From Diploschistes diacapsis (Eukaryota), in NCBI GenBank assembly GCA_023645945.1, contig JALAIB010000052.1, positions 1 through 39,974 of the forward strand: a stretch of 39,974 nucleotides of DNA. Direction: 5' to 3'. Under the pieces are notes generated by a model. It did not search any database and was not told the origin of the DNA. It saw only the letters and a list, made by a program, of their open reading frames with translations. Both the position numbers and the translations under genes were made by a program. Shown here in pieces: positions 12,020 to 24,399 of this stretch. Position 1 is the stretch's first letter; every line of letters starts with the position of its first letter.

Positions 12020-13078
12020 ATGCCATCTCGAAGCCCATCTCCGACGGATCTCGACCTACTCTCCCGTCTGAAGGCATTGAAGAAGAGTCGAATAGGTTTA
12101 GATGCATCGTCTCCATTGCCGGTCCCACGGCCTGAAGCCACCGACGATCTAGCCGCTCGATTCCTTAGATTCAATGCAGACCGTAAGCCATCCATAGCGG
12201 CTGAAGAAAACGGGCGACATTACAAGCCCGGAGAAAAAGTTCAACATGGTAGTGACAGAGAAGCTACGGATTCAGAAGATGACAAGACGGTAGAGGAGCT
12301 TTTGGCAGATATAGGACCTGATGACCAGTGGACGTTGAAACCAGAGGATCCTCGGGATATAGCTCAGCTGATGAACCAAGCCAAGGAAACATTGGCAACA
12401 CGAGAAGAGTCTACTGAAGGAAAGCGTAGTCCTAGTCAGTCTGATAAAGCATCGCAACGGGAACAGCATGGAGATATCGTGCCTGTTATCCAGCCAGATA
12501 AAAGGGGGTCTCATGAATTGAACGACCATGAACATGATGATCCGGATAATGAGCAGACGGCCGACGCAGAGGCAGAGGCTTACTTGCAGCAAGTCTTGGA
12601 TGAGCTAGTTCTAGAGGAAGGCGACAGTGGCGCCGTCTCAGATGCTACGACGCCGAAAAGAGGTACTCTAGAAGGCACGATACCGCCTTCTACGGAGAAC
12701 AAAGCTGCCACATATCCTACTACGCCGCCACTGGATTTTCCCTCTACGCCAAGTACCCTTCCCTTACCAAGATCCGATTCTCTTCCTGCTGAAGACATGG
12801 CCAACGACTCGGGTCCACTCCAGCTCCCCTCAGCACCTACGACGATGCCTGGTCGCAAGCCTAAGAAGGCAGATTCCAAGCTTCCCACCTACACGGATGC
12901 CGAGATCCAAACCTGGTGCATCATCTGCAACAACGACGCTACGGTCCGTTGTATAGGATGTGACGGAGATCTGTACTGCGCTAAGTGTTGGAGAGAAGGA
13001 CACGTAGGGCCCGATGTAAGTTTCGAAGAGAGGAAACACCGATGGACCAAATATGAGAAGCCTGGATGGAGGGGATAA
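12020..13078 (+). CDS. ZFYVE19/ANCHR-like protein with C-terminal B-box-type zinc finger
   Basis: Intronless 352-aa ORF; C-terminal WCIICNNDATVRCIGCDGDLYCAKCWREGH...H pattern; N-terminal LLSRLKALK and DLAARFLR motifs. Confidence 0.78.
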   Translation: MPSRSPSPTDLDLLSRLKALKKSRIGLDASSPLPVPRPEATDDLAARFLRFNADRKPSIAAEENGRHYKPGEKVQHGSDREATDSEDDKTVEELLADIGPDDQWTLKPEDPRDIAQLMNQAKETLATREESTEGKRSPSQSDKASQREQHGDIVPVIQPDKRGSHELNDHEHDDPDNEQTADAEAEAYLQQVLDELVLEEGDSGAVSDATTPKRGTLEGTIPPSTENKAATYPTTPPLDFPSTPSTLPLPRSDSLPAEDMANDSGPLQLPSAPTTMPGRKPKKADSKLPTYTDAEIQTWCIICNNDATVRCIGCDGDLYCAKCWREGHVGPDVSFEERKHRWTKYEKPGWRG

Positions 13079-13174
13079 ACGCAAGTCTCTGTATCGAGCT
13101 TAGGGGTTCTGTATAATCATTATGACACGATGTCAAACTATGGCTGACGGTAGATCAAAGTCCCAAGCAAACAC

Positions 13175-16100
13175 TCAAAAAAACCCCAAGCCCCTACCAA
13201 GAACACCTTCCAAGAGCGCCCGTACCTCCCATTCCCCTTGGCCCCCAGTCCTTGCCACTGCCTCTGCTTTCTTCCACTTACCGAGCTCCGACCAACGCCT
13301 TAGCACGTTGCCGTCGAGCATTGCGCGTCCGCTGACGCTCATGTCAACTTCTACGTTCCGGTAGGCTTTCGGACTCAGGCCGAGAGGATGAGGCAGCGTG
13401 CTGGTCAAATAAGATTGCAGAGCTGCCAACGTCCGGTATGAATCCGCAGAGGCGCCTGTGGCAACGACAGGCAGGGATGTGATGAGAGATATAGCGCCGC
13501 TGTTAGTAGTTATAAGGATCTGCTGCTGAATCTCAGGATGTTCGAGCCCATCCACTTGCATATCGTCGTCTGCAGGTTCTTGCGCCAGATAGCGTTCCCA
13601 GGAGGTCTTTGATCGGGGAAGAAGCATCATCTTGGAGACGTCCAAGCCGGTATGAAAGGAGCTCAAATGAAGAAGGTGTTGGCCAGACAGTGACTTAGGG
13701 TCTAATCAAATCAGTATTCAAGTCAACGACCTGTGGATGTTTTCAAGAGCACGTACTGTGTGGATCAAAACGGAGAATGTGCATGTTAGCGTCCGCATCA
13801 GCAAGCAGGATGCAGAGGCCTCGTCCATCAGGGAGGAACTCTGCCGAAGCCACCCTGACATCACGTGCGGACTTCCCAAACAGCTTTAAATGGTATGGAT
13901 CTTCCTACGCTGGGCATTAGCTATTCCACCAAAGGACGCGGTAGGGAGGAATTACGCACTGTGTAGCCAACCAACCAAATCCCTTTGACAGCGTCTCCAA
14001 GTAAGCAAAGGCCTGTTCCTCTAAGCTCCCTTGCAACGCTGATGTAACACTGAACATCAATGAACGCTACTGGGAGCAATGTATTGTCTTCCTTCAACCC
14101 CCGTACCATGCACTTCTGACCGTGCGCGGCAATTAGGAAACCTTCGGTTCCTACCTGCGATATTGCTGTCACTGCTCCTTTATCTTTGTGCCGCGCCAGA
14201 GCTTTGAATTTCCAGCCTGTTTCCGGACAGCCGGGCTCAGGTACGACGGGAATGACGTCCAGAACGTACACGGAGCCCTGCGTGTTGATGTCCTCTCCCC
14301 GTATGAGGGCAGTTCCGACGGCGATCATATGACTTCGAGAGTGCGTGTTTTCGGATGTCTCTAGCGATACATTCTCAATGCACATCACTACCTCGCAATT
14401 TTCAAGCGTGAAGAGGTCAGTTTCTACCCAGGTAGATGGATCAACGAGACGGATGATGTCCTGATCCACTTGCGGGAGGAAGTCTGTTGTTTCTGATTCC
14501 CACTCAGGGTGGAACTCGTCATGTGGGAGCTTGAAATCCACTTTCAGGCTGGTTCCAACCACGTAGCGATCTGATGGCTCATGGTATCTGAAGGCTTTGA
14601 TCGTACTTGTCGTGTACATTCTTTCGACAGCCCACCCCGTCGAGAAATCCGCTTTCAAAGGTAATTTGGCAAAGGTAAGCCGTCCATATTTCCCAGGATA
14701 AGCAATATAATCGGGGCAGGCTTTCGTCCGTATCCTGGTCAAACTAGGTACTCCATCCATTTTGAGGTCTATGACCTTTGGGCTACTAGAGAGAGCTTTG
14801 AAGACGAAGCTTGGGGATCTTCCAGACAGGAAGACAGCGTGTTGACCGCCGAAATCCGACAGTACACGCAATTGGCTTGAGGTAGGAGCTCTCGAAGACC
14901 CAGATGGTTCATGCCGAAGAGCTTTAGGAACCTGATGATTGTCAACCTTTCGAAATCGTAGTGCGTGACTTGAGGAGGATTTTGTCTCATGATAGGGCGA
15001 GTAGATGATCAAATCGTCTTCTGTGGACCGTAGCTAAATTCGATGAGCAGTGGCAGCCGTGGCATGATGAAAGGTCTTACAATGAGGAACGGTGATCTGT
15101 GAAATTTGTCACCAAGGTCGGCAACTAGAATCTCCATTAAACGCTCACGAGCGTTAGACCGCCGTACAGTAAAGTCCACGGATAGGAAAGGGGGCAAAAA
15201 GCCTAAGCCTGGTGCAAGGTATATTGGGTTTTCAAGATCAGGCATGCGGTAAACCTGCGTGTTATGGTTAAATCGGAATTGCAACTGCATGAGGGATAGC
15301 ATTACCTGCAGGCCTCCATCTGGTCCAAGTAAGAACATCAAGACACTAGTGAGATCATCCTCTTCTGCATCCGAAGCTAGGTGGAAAGCGTCGTTCACAT
15401 CATCATATAAGGAACCAGACTGCCACTTCTGCGACGCCAACGCATCGCTGATCTGCATCTCTTCGAGATCACCAGAATCATCCGCTCGAAGAATGCCGAG
15501 TCGTCCATCGTCTCCCACGAGCAAGACAAAAGTATCCACGAAGCTTGCGGCTGCAACAGATAGTTCATCCGATAGGGGAATAATTTGTGCCAAACCAAAA
15601 TCTATGCGAACAATTAGACTTACGGCACGGGGAAGCATGGAGAAAAGAGCAAGGCTGAGGAATGGATATCATTGTCGCTACATCAAACATAGTTACATTT
15701 ATTGTTGGAAGATGACTGCCAACGAAGACACGTGCGTTATCCGGGACAAGATCATAGTTCATGGGCATCCAGCTGCGTAAAGTCGACAAACCCCGCATAG
15801 TTGCAAGACCAAAAGAAGAGCTTTGAGACCTACCTCCATCAAATGATCGTAATTCATTCTTCAAAGCTTGAACAATCCTTAACCCGCCGAGCAATGTCCC
15901 GATTTCAACTGTCGGGCCTGCTTCAGGCTCAAATTCGCAGTCCCGCAACGGTAAAATATTTTCCCCCTCAAGAATATAAGCGTTTGTAATTGCCTCACTG
16001 TAGTCCGGATCCATAGAAACTAACAGCACGTTATGATGATCGAACTCGGTCTCAGGAACTTTTCCAGATGACCCTTCCGCGTGGACGGCCCATAGGCGTG

Positions 16101-17811
16101 CAGCACCTGCAATATCGAACCTCTTAGTCACCAAGGGACATATGGTTGGGCTCATTCGGACCAAGCTAGACGAGCGACCTTGTCCACAGGCACCCACAAG
16201 ATCGAGCTTGTCCCAGGCTTTGTCCTCTCCATCGGAAGGATTTGGGAGCTTCGATTGCACGAGAGAGACATCCTTCAGGGGACCTAAATTCAGGAGACGG
16301 TCGTGGACTTTGAAAGACAAGTCACGGCCAAACTCTTCGGCTGATATAGTAGCAAATTGCTGCTTCTCCACATCCCTATCGTTCTCCATGTAGAGGTCAT
16401 CCTCCAGTTCGCTGTCTTCGGTTTCTTCCTCATCCTTGTCCGTTCCATTTGGCGTATCTTGGTTCATCGATGACTGTCTTCTCGACTGCTGTCTCCAACT
16501 TCTCGAAGACCAGCCAAGCACTGTGGCGTCCGCGTCTCGGCTGCCGATAAATATACGTGCGGGGCCAACGGATGAAGCACAGGATGCCGGTGCAGCGAGA
16601 AGCGAGCCCCCATTCGACGCGGGTATTTGGTATAGATTCATTCCTGAAACCGAACGACCGTCCAGCTTAAAACCTATTATCACGAGCTCGCCAAGACTTG
16701 TGACCAGCAAGAGATCTCCGTTCAAGGTTCCCAATTGCTCGGTAATGCAGCCCTCTAGCCTCAGGTCTAAGTCGCTCCAATCAACAAGGGGATAGGATGA
16801 CGAAGTTTTCGCCAGGGAATTGACCGCAACCCCATTCGCCTTGCCAGCTTGTCCCACATGTACAAGCACATTGCTTCCAATCAGTAAAGCCCCTCCAATG
16901 GGTGAAGGAAGTGGTATGACCTTGTCAACATCATTGGGCAAGCCGGAGACGGACAGTAACGGAGTCGACGCTTGCTGGTCCAAATCCAGCGTGTACACGG
17001 TATAGGCAACAACATCTCTCCGCTCGTGCAGTAAAGCTGATGATCTTGCGATTCGACAAGATAAAATTCCAATAGTTGGCTCACGATACTCGTGAAGGAA
17101 AGCAAGATGTAAAGGATGGGTCAATGCAGGGTCTAATTGTAGCAAAGAGAGGACAAAAGATGCCGAAGATGGCGATGAGCCTGGGTGCATGTCGCCATTG
17201 ACTTGCCGAGCGGATTGGCGGTTCTTGAGTTGAGAATCGAACTCAGACTCGAAATCATCCATCGCAAGATCATCTCCGCCTTGATTCAGAGGTAGAATAG
17301 CAAGGGAGCGAGCTCCAAATTTCAGAGCAGCACATCTACTTCCCGGATCAACAGTCAATATGCTATCACATTTGTTCAAGGCGGGTGCCCATGGGGGACC
17401 TTGAAGATCATCACGTTCGTAGTAGTGGATTGATACTGTCGAGATGCTATAACTTTCAGGGTCCCATTCCACCAAGCTCAGCTTCGCGTCCCGTACCGAA
17501 ACCAGGAGGAGTTCCCCTCCGGATTTAGATTGCTGCGATTTGACCCTTGCCAGAGATGTGATGGTGCCAGCAACGTCGAACTCGCTGACCAACACCAGCT
17601 TCGATAAATGTAATCTATCGCGCCGCTGTATCTTTGGCGGATTAGGCTGTGCTGCTGAGGGAACGGCGTCTGTGATGACCGATTTCACCGTGAATATCTG
17701 CAAGATGGATGATTTCGCAACGACAAGATTATTGGCGGATGAGGAGAGAAAAGGAAGAGAGACGGAAGAAGTGACGGCCGTTGGCGGTGTAAGGTCTGCA
17801 TAGCATTGCAT
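13175..17811 (-). CDS. CFT1: Cleavage and polyadenylation specificity factor subunit Cft1 (CPSF160/CPSF1); introns 15602-15833, 15255-15305, 15034-15080, 13905-13959, 13702-13756
   Basis: MQCYADLTPPTAVT start, DAKLSLVEWDP, STVSIHYYE, FLHEYREPTIGIL, GQKCMVRGLKEDNTLLPVAFID, HPLGLSPKAYR..LDGNVLRRWSEL. All five introns are GT-AG and restore the frame. Confidence 0.95.
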
Positions 17812-18174
17812 CTTCGCAGAGGCGGGGTGAAAGTGTCGCAGAGTCTTATCACCTTTCGTCACTTAGACTCCAGGAGCATGGAAGCAGCCTTGACGGTCCA
17901 TGAAGAGTGAGATACTTTATGCTTCATGCTGTAGGTATGCAGCATGGATGTGAACTGAAATGCAGAATTGTTTATTTGCGAGAAGCAATATTATTGTAAT
18001 CCCTGCTAGTGCATTCCTTATGATACCTGTGGCGCAGTTCAGCCCCCGTTTCAGACATGTGCGGGCTGCGCCACAATGACGACTTGTTGATGAGATGTCA
18101 GACGAGCTCTCTGCTCCCACCTTAAGTCATGATAGCTTCGCTCTTCATCAAACCTACGGACTGTGTCTATAACG
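17812..18174. promoter_or_regulatory. Compact bidirectional promoter between CFT1 and the LMBR1-domain gene
   Basis: 363 bp between divergent start codons. Confidence 0.6.
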
Positions 18175-20038
18175 ATGGCTTTGATTCAACTTGCTGTGAG
18201 TCGTTTCGGGCTACTTATGCCTGCTTGTACTGACATGACATATGTAGCTTATCTGGGTAGTGTATGCTATCGTTGTTGTCTTGCTCGCAGCAATTTCCGC
18301 TGTGTTCGTCTTCGTTTACCAGAAGCCTAGCGACCGAGCCGCATCGGTCACCGTTGTCTCTATATTCACCATCACTGCGCTGCTTGCGACGGTGCTGCTG
18401 CTGCCTGTCGATGTCGCTTTGGTGTCTTCAACGGTGTCTTCCAAACTAGGCCAGCGGAAAGAGTGGGCTACTCAGCAGAAAGTGGATGAAATCGTTCAAA
18501 CCCTCACCATCCTCTACTATACGCTCTTCTCCTTGGATGCCCTCCTCTGTCTCGTCGTAGTGCCCTTCACGTACTTCTGGTATGAGGAATATGACGAAAT
18601 CGAAACTGAAGAGGGGAGGCAGACAATCGGATCGAGGCTCTGGGGAGCGTTCAAATACACTATAGGCTTTATCTTGTTTGTCGTCATCCTCTTCTTAGTA
18701 GGATTCTTCATACCAGTTGCAGCTCGGGACAACTCAGGCCATTATGATTTGGACTATTTCCGACACCTCTTGGGCGACGAAAATCAAGGCGTGCGCGCAT
18801 TGACTTTTGCCCTCGGGTTGTTGACCACTCTAGGGACGTTGCTGTACGTTTTATATACCGGTGCTGGTCTTTCTCTATTACCAGTAGCGTTGATCAAGTC
18901 CGCGCCTGCCATGTCTGCGCCAGCCTTTTCAGCTACTACCGACTCAAAGCTTGAAGCCAACCGTGAGAGACAGAGGCAGCTTGAAGGTCGAAATGCTGGC
19001 CAGGAGGGTGGCTTGAATCCAAAAGAGCGTCGCGAACTTGATGCGCTGGTGCGAGAAGAGCGAACCCTTGTTCGACGCCAACATGTTGCAGCAGAAGCAG
19101 CCGGAGAACACGATAGCTGGCTGCTCAAAACATGGCACAAGGTCGAAGCTGTATTCCGCCCATTGAAACTTCTTGGAGGACTCCTCATGCTTCTTGTCAC
19201 CGTTGTTCTATGGGTGTCCATGCTCCTAACCGGGATAGACAAAGCATCGCATTCGATCTGCAAGCATAAGTGCGGTTATATCCTTGCTCATGTCCAGCTC
19301 TTCAACCCTGTCAATGCGGCTCTGGTCCAATCCGCCAAGCTTTTCCCGATCGATTATATCATTTTCCTCCTCGTCACAATGTACTTTTTCTTCGGTTCTG
19401 TTGTGGGAATTGCAACCATTGGCATTCGCTTCCTCTGGCTGCGGCTCTTTGACATCCGCAAGGGTCATACATCGCCTCAGGCTATGCTAATGGCCACGGT
19501 TATGCTCACGCTCCTAGCTCTGGCAATTAATTACGCTTTGGCTATGATGGTTGCTCCTCAGTATTCTCATTTCGGGCCTCAAACCTTCTGCAACCATAAG
19601 ATACGTCCTGGTGAGCAGCCGGACTGTTCTAACCATCCCAATCACATCGAGCCATGCACAGAAGCAACAGATAATCCTGCAGCTCGCAACGTTTGCACGG
19701 CCAGTGTAGCTAGCACTTTCCTGGACCGAATCACGGTTAACTTTTCTTTCTTTGGAATAATTGACTTTTGGGCTCAATTCTTCTTCCTTGGTAAGCATAT
19801 CTTTAGAAACGTTATTGATCCAATGCTAACACTGGAAGGCGTGCTTTTGGTTATTTTCGTAACGACGCTTTTCCGGACACCGAAGTTACGAGAATATGCT
19901 ACTGAACAGGACGCGGAGGTGGAAGAGGAAGAGGGTCTTTTGGCGAGCACCGGCCGCCGCTTCGGCGCAACATGGCAAGATATTACGGGTAGAGCAAGCA
20001 AGCAAGGAGTAGCACGGAATCGGCAATCGGATGAATGA
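18175..20038 (+). CDS. LMBR1-domain membrane protein, probable lysosomal/vacuolar cobalamin transporter (LMBD1-like); introns 18196-18247 and 19791-19838
   Basis: Multi-TM protein with [33 protein letters not shown] and [13 protein letters not shown] motifs. First exon MALIQLA splices to LIWVVY. Confidence 0.88.
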
Positions 20039-20683
20039 AAATCGACGAGAGGATTCCGGGTTGATGGCTAAGCAAAGAATAGTTTGACTGTTGTTATGGT
20101 ATTTTGATGGAGGTCAGGAAAGAGACTGTATACCAGAGGTTCGTCTAGTTATTCAGAGCTGTCATATCTGGAGATTAGAATTCTATGCTTCAGTCAATCC
20201 CTCCGTTGCCCGTTTTAAAATGCTATGTTCAAGTATCTTATGTCCTTGGACTGCTCTACTTAACCTTCCCTTGTAGCTACTACTTGACCGGTTTCGATAA
20301 TGGTGCCAGTGCCAATTGTCGTCATTGTTCGTTTTGTTAGAGGACACGCCAGCACCCGTGTATCAGGTAGCGAATCTTAATAGTCTTTCACAGGTACCAT
20401 TGAACAATCAGTACATGTGTGAAGTATGATTGTGTAAGGATCGGATGTTTACTTTCGTAACCTTCGACTGTATTGGAACATTTGAACCTTGTAGAGAAAC
20501 TAGCGGAAAATTCTGGATGCGGGATCTACCGACTAAATTAGCAAACCTCGAATGCCAAGACATCATATCAGAAGCGGCGCCTCCACAGCCGAGGCTAAGG
20601 AACAAGAACTTCGGACTACCTCCCTCTGCACATCAGTTAATCATCCTTACTCTCCACATTACCATAGAGGTAGAGCCCTGTGG

Positions 20684-22108
20684 ATGGCCTCCCAGTCGCC
20701 CCCAAAACCATGGGAAAGAGGCGGGACTGCTAGTGAGTCCTCCGGGGTGGCACTTGAAGCTTGACTGATGTCGCTGCTCACGATAGCTACCTCAGCCGTC
20801 TCCGCATCGGCTGGAGGCAATAACATCCCATCCACAAATGCGAATGCACTATCGCAACCTCCGGATCTCCCGACCAAGCCCTCCTCTTTATCAGCCATCG
20901 CAAATCGTAACGCTTCCAGTTACTCCCCATATGCAAATACAACTGGCTACGGGTCCGCTCCATACAGCGGGTATGGCGGGTACAACAATTTTTCCTCGCC
21001 CTATTCGCGATTCAGTGCTATGGGTGGTTCTATGTACGGAGGCTATGGCTCTCCATACGGAGGAATGGGTGGAATGGGTGGCATGTACGGAGGCTACCCT
21101 GGTCGACCCGGAATGGCGGGAGAGGATCCAAACAGCCTCACGAACAGCTTCAACCAAAGCACCCAGGCAACTTTCCAGATCATCGAAAGTATTGTCGGCG
21201 CTTTTGGTGGGTTCGCCCAGATGCTTGAGAGTACATACATGGCAACACATTCCAGCTTCTTTGGTGAGCAAGCCATACTCTCTATTGCATTAATGCGCTA
21301 ATCCTTGCAAGCAATGGTCTCCGTGGCTGAACAGTTTTCAAATCTACGAGATACACTCGGGTCGGTGTTGGGAATATTCGCTATTCTTCGGTGGATCCGG
21401 ACACTCCTCGCAAAGTTGACGGGCCGTCCGCCACCAGCTGATGCCACATCCCTAACGCCAGCTGCTTTTGCCAAGTTCACTGGCCAAGCTGTTATCCCCC
21501 CTGACGGTACTTCCGCACCTCCTCGCCCTTCCAAGAAGCCATTCATCGTTTTCATCCTGGCCGCTTTTGGCCTACCTTATCTTATGGGGAAACTAATAAG
21601 AGCTCTCGCCCGATCGCAAGACGAGGCAGCACAAAGGCAACAAGGCCTGCTTCTTGGCCCTGACGGTCGGCCATTGCCACCAGAACAGCAGACACAGCAA
21701 CTGGACCCGAGTCAGCTTGACTTCTGCCGCGTTCTGTATGACTATACCCCAGAGACCCAAGGCCAAGCGCCAACCCTGGGGGTTGATATTGAAGTGAGAA
21801 AGGGCGACCTTGTCGCGGTTCTCGCAAAGGCAGATCCTACAGGAAACGCCTCTGAGTGGTGGCGATGCCGAGCTAGGGACGGCAGGGTCGGGTATCTGCC
21901 AAGTCCATACCTTGAGATTATCAAGCGAAGCCCGAAACAGTTGACTTCAGGGAGTCCACCGACTAGCAGGGCGCAAACAATGTCGTTTGAAGGGAACAGT
22001 AGGATATCTTCTATGAAAGTGCCTGTCCCTGCGCGAGCGCCGGAGATGGAGCGTAAGGCCGGGGACATTTCTATTGAGAGCTTCCAGAAAAGTCAATTCT
22101 ACGGTTGA
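20684..22108 (+). CDS. PEX13: Peroxin 13, peroxisomal docking protein with SH3 domain; introns 20733-20786 and 21264-21311
   Basis: SPPKPWER N terminus, Y/G-rich region, STQATFQIIESIVGAFGGFAQMLESTYMATHSSFF|AMVSVAEQF, and SH3 FCRVLYDY...KGDLVAVL...WWRCRARDGRVGYLPSPYLEII. Confidence 0.96.
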
Positions 22109-22447
22109 GCGAGAGAAGGATAAGCACGGCGCAAGGGCGTTGGATAATCTTGCAAATGTAGCTTCGGATGGGAGCACTGCGGCTTAGTAGGATCCCCCAT
22201 TGCTGTACGCACATGGCTTGTGGAGATATATCTACCTCGAACTCGTCCATGATAGGCGATAAAATACTGTAAACATGTATAAAACACGGACAAGACTTGA
22301 GTAAGCAATATGTCTGTATATGATACTACAAAGTCAAGAAGTTTGAAAACATGCTAAAGTGACTAACAAAGTCGCTTCATTGAAGAGGGCATCTGGACTA
22401 TGGAGTGCTCCCGAGTCGTCTAGAGCTGTGCTTGCTTAATCTCTATG

Positions 22448-23741
22448 TTAGTGTCCTACGTCAGCATAAGCACTTTCCCCAATCCCTAGTTTTTGACTAA
22501 TTGTGCTCTCTTGCTGTAAAGCAATGATACGAGCCAATAGATTGACCGTAGGGTTCTCATAAACCGTCTTTGCCTGGATGGGGCCACGCTTCGGGTCCGA
22601 GCTGTCCAGAGTTCGAGTTGATGCGCTCGACAAACGCTTGTAGTTGAACGGAATCCAAACCACAATCAAACAGGTTAGTATCGTCGTCCTTCAGATCATA
22701 GAGATAGGCAGTCTCGGACAATAGTTTGTGAAGCTTTTGGTTTTGCGGTCTGTCGCTGATAGCATCGACCCTAGCATTGAAGCATCCATTGGTGGAACCT
22801 GATCGAACTTTGCCTCGTTGAACTTCGTAGGCATCTCACAGTGATGGCTTAGGAGACTCGGGAGGTTGCTCTGATAAGCAAGACCGAAGAAGGTTTGCCA
22901 CAGTCTGTCCTATTAAATCACCGAAAGCTTGACTCAGCTGGTGAGTAAGGATCTGCGGCAGCAGACGTTCCACAGCCGCCCCAACCTGGCCTTTGATTTC
23001 TATACTTAGATCTTGATTCGTTGGTGATGCGCGCAAGGTTTCAGTTGTATCGGATTTCTTTCTTTTGATTAGCATGAGAAGCAAAGGGCGCTTAATCTGC
23101 ATACTTACCTTGCATAACCAACGGGGCCATGCTTACTTGCATAGAAGGCTTTGAATTCGTTTTCATATAGCTTGTGCGTTGCGTGGCGCTGTACCGCATC
23201 CTTTCCAGCCCTAGGAATGGGCTTCTCTGGATTCGATGGTATGATGAAATCCTTCATCACTCTGCCGTGGGCAGGGCAGTCCTTGTTAGCTTCCTTGATA
23301 CTCGGCCAAACGTCCTCCATCAACTGCTTCTTTTCCTCCGCTGTACGAGGATGTACTTTGGGCTCTAGCAGCAGACGTGCTTGGAATTGTCCGGTGCCAC
23401 CAATAACTGAGTAAGCGTTTTTCAGGACAATAACGAAACTGAATGCAAGTATCTCGTCGACTTCACAGTAATGATGTAAAAAATATATACTCCAGTGGAG
23501 TATATATATCTGTATCTGTTCATCCTTACTCAGGCAGCTTCCAACTTCTGAAAGACTCTGCGCCATGCATTAGACAGCTATTGGCATCAGCTCTTAGCCT
23601 GCGATTTAATCTCGTAGGCACTATCAAGGAGTATGGGACACCCCTTACGGAGCCTTGCCACAAGGCTTGTGAGTGGGTTTTATCTTGAAACTCGTTGACT
23701 GAACAGTTGCATTGTTGAAATGCTGTTCTCGCAGAAAGCAA
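22448..23741 (-). pseudogene. Relic of NRPS-like (adenylation-thiolation-reductase) gene
   Basis: VIGGTGQFQARLLLEP...VWPSIKEANKDCPAHGRV...PIPRAGKDAVQRHAT resembles the A-domain C terminus; TVYENPTVNLLARII resembles a carrier-domain end. Fragments are broken by stops and deletions, and no reductase domain is visible. Confidence 0.72.
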
Positions 23742-24399
23742 AAGCGGAGATAGTAATAAGTAGGTCGTGCAAAAGCAGCAAGATACGCTATACCTTTAAT
23801 GATTATTAACATAAGGGGAGTTGCTGCGACGCGCGGAATGAATCGGAGCTCAAATATCCCATGAAGCTATTGATTGACAAGGCAGTGAGCGAGGCAGATG
23901 AGACGGACATACGAAAGTTGACCCCCAGAATAGTGCGGCGCCCACGCAAGCAGGGGGTCTTTTGCCCTACAAAAAAAGGCTCAGCTGAAAGATATATGCA
24001 TCTGGCAAAAGGCAACAAAGGCAACAAGGCAACAGGAAAAGCCAGGTTCAGTAGCACACCCCAAATGAGAATGAAGAACAGCAGCCTGAGTTGTTGCACC
24101 AGGGCCGCAGGGGTATATATACTACTTCTGATCGATTTTGAAGGGCGTTCTGTAAGGCTGCTTACTAGCTGTCCCATCCATTCTTAATCCGGGTTATCAT
24201 GCCCACTAAAACAACTCTAGTTTCAGTCTTTATTGGACTTTCAGCTGATTGATCGGCATCCAAACCCTCGTCTATTCTTAATTGATGCAATTCGTCGGCG
24301 TTACTCAAAGGGATCACAAGAGGTAGATCAATCGGGTCTTTGAAGTCATGTGACTTTCATGCTTAGACTCGTAGCGTCGATCCAACTGCTAGTACTCTA

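Noticed and set aside
15602..15833. Canonical C/D or H/ACA snoRNA in the CFT1 intron
   Set aside because: No CTGA D box or clean RTGATGA C box; the spacing between a possible H box and ACA is too short for a second hairpin.
23806..24187. Overlapping short ORFs and a gacccc...gggggtc hairpin
   Set aside because: No protein or RNA family features; likely intergenic or promoter remnant.
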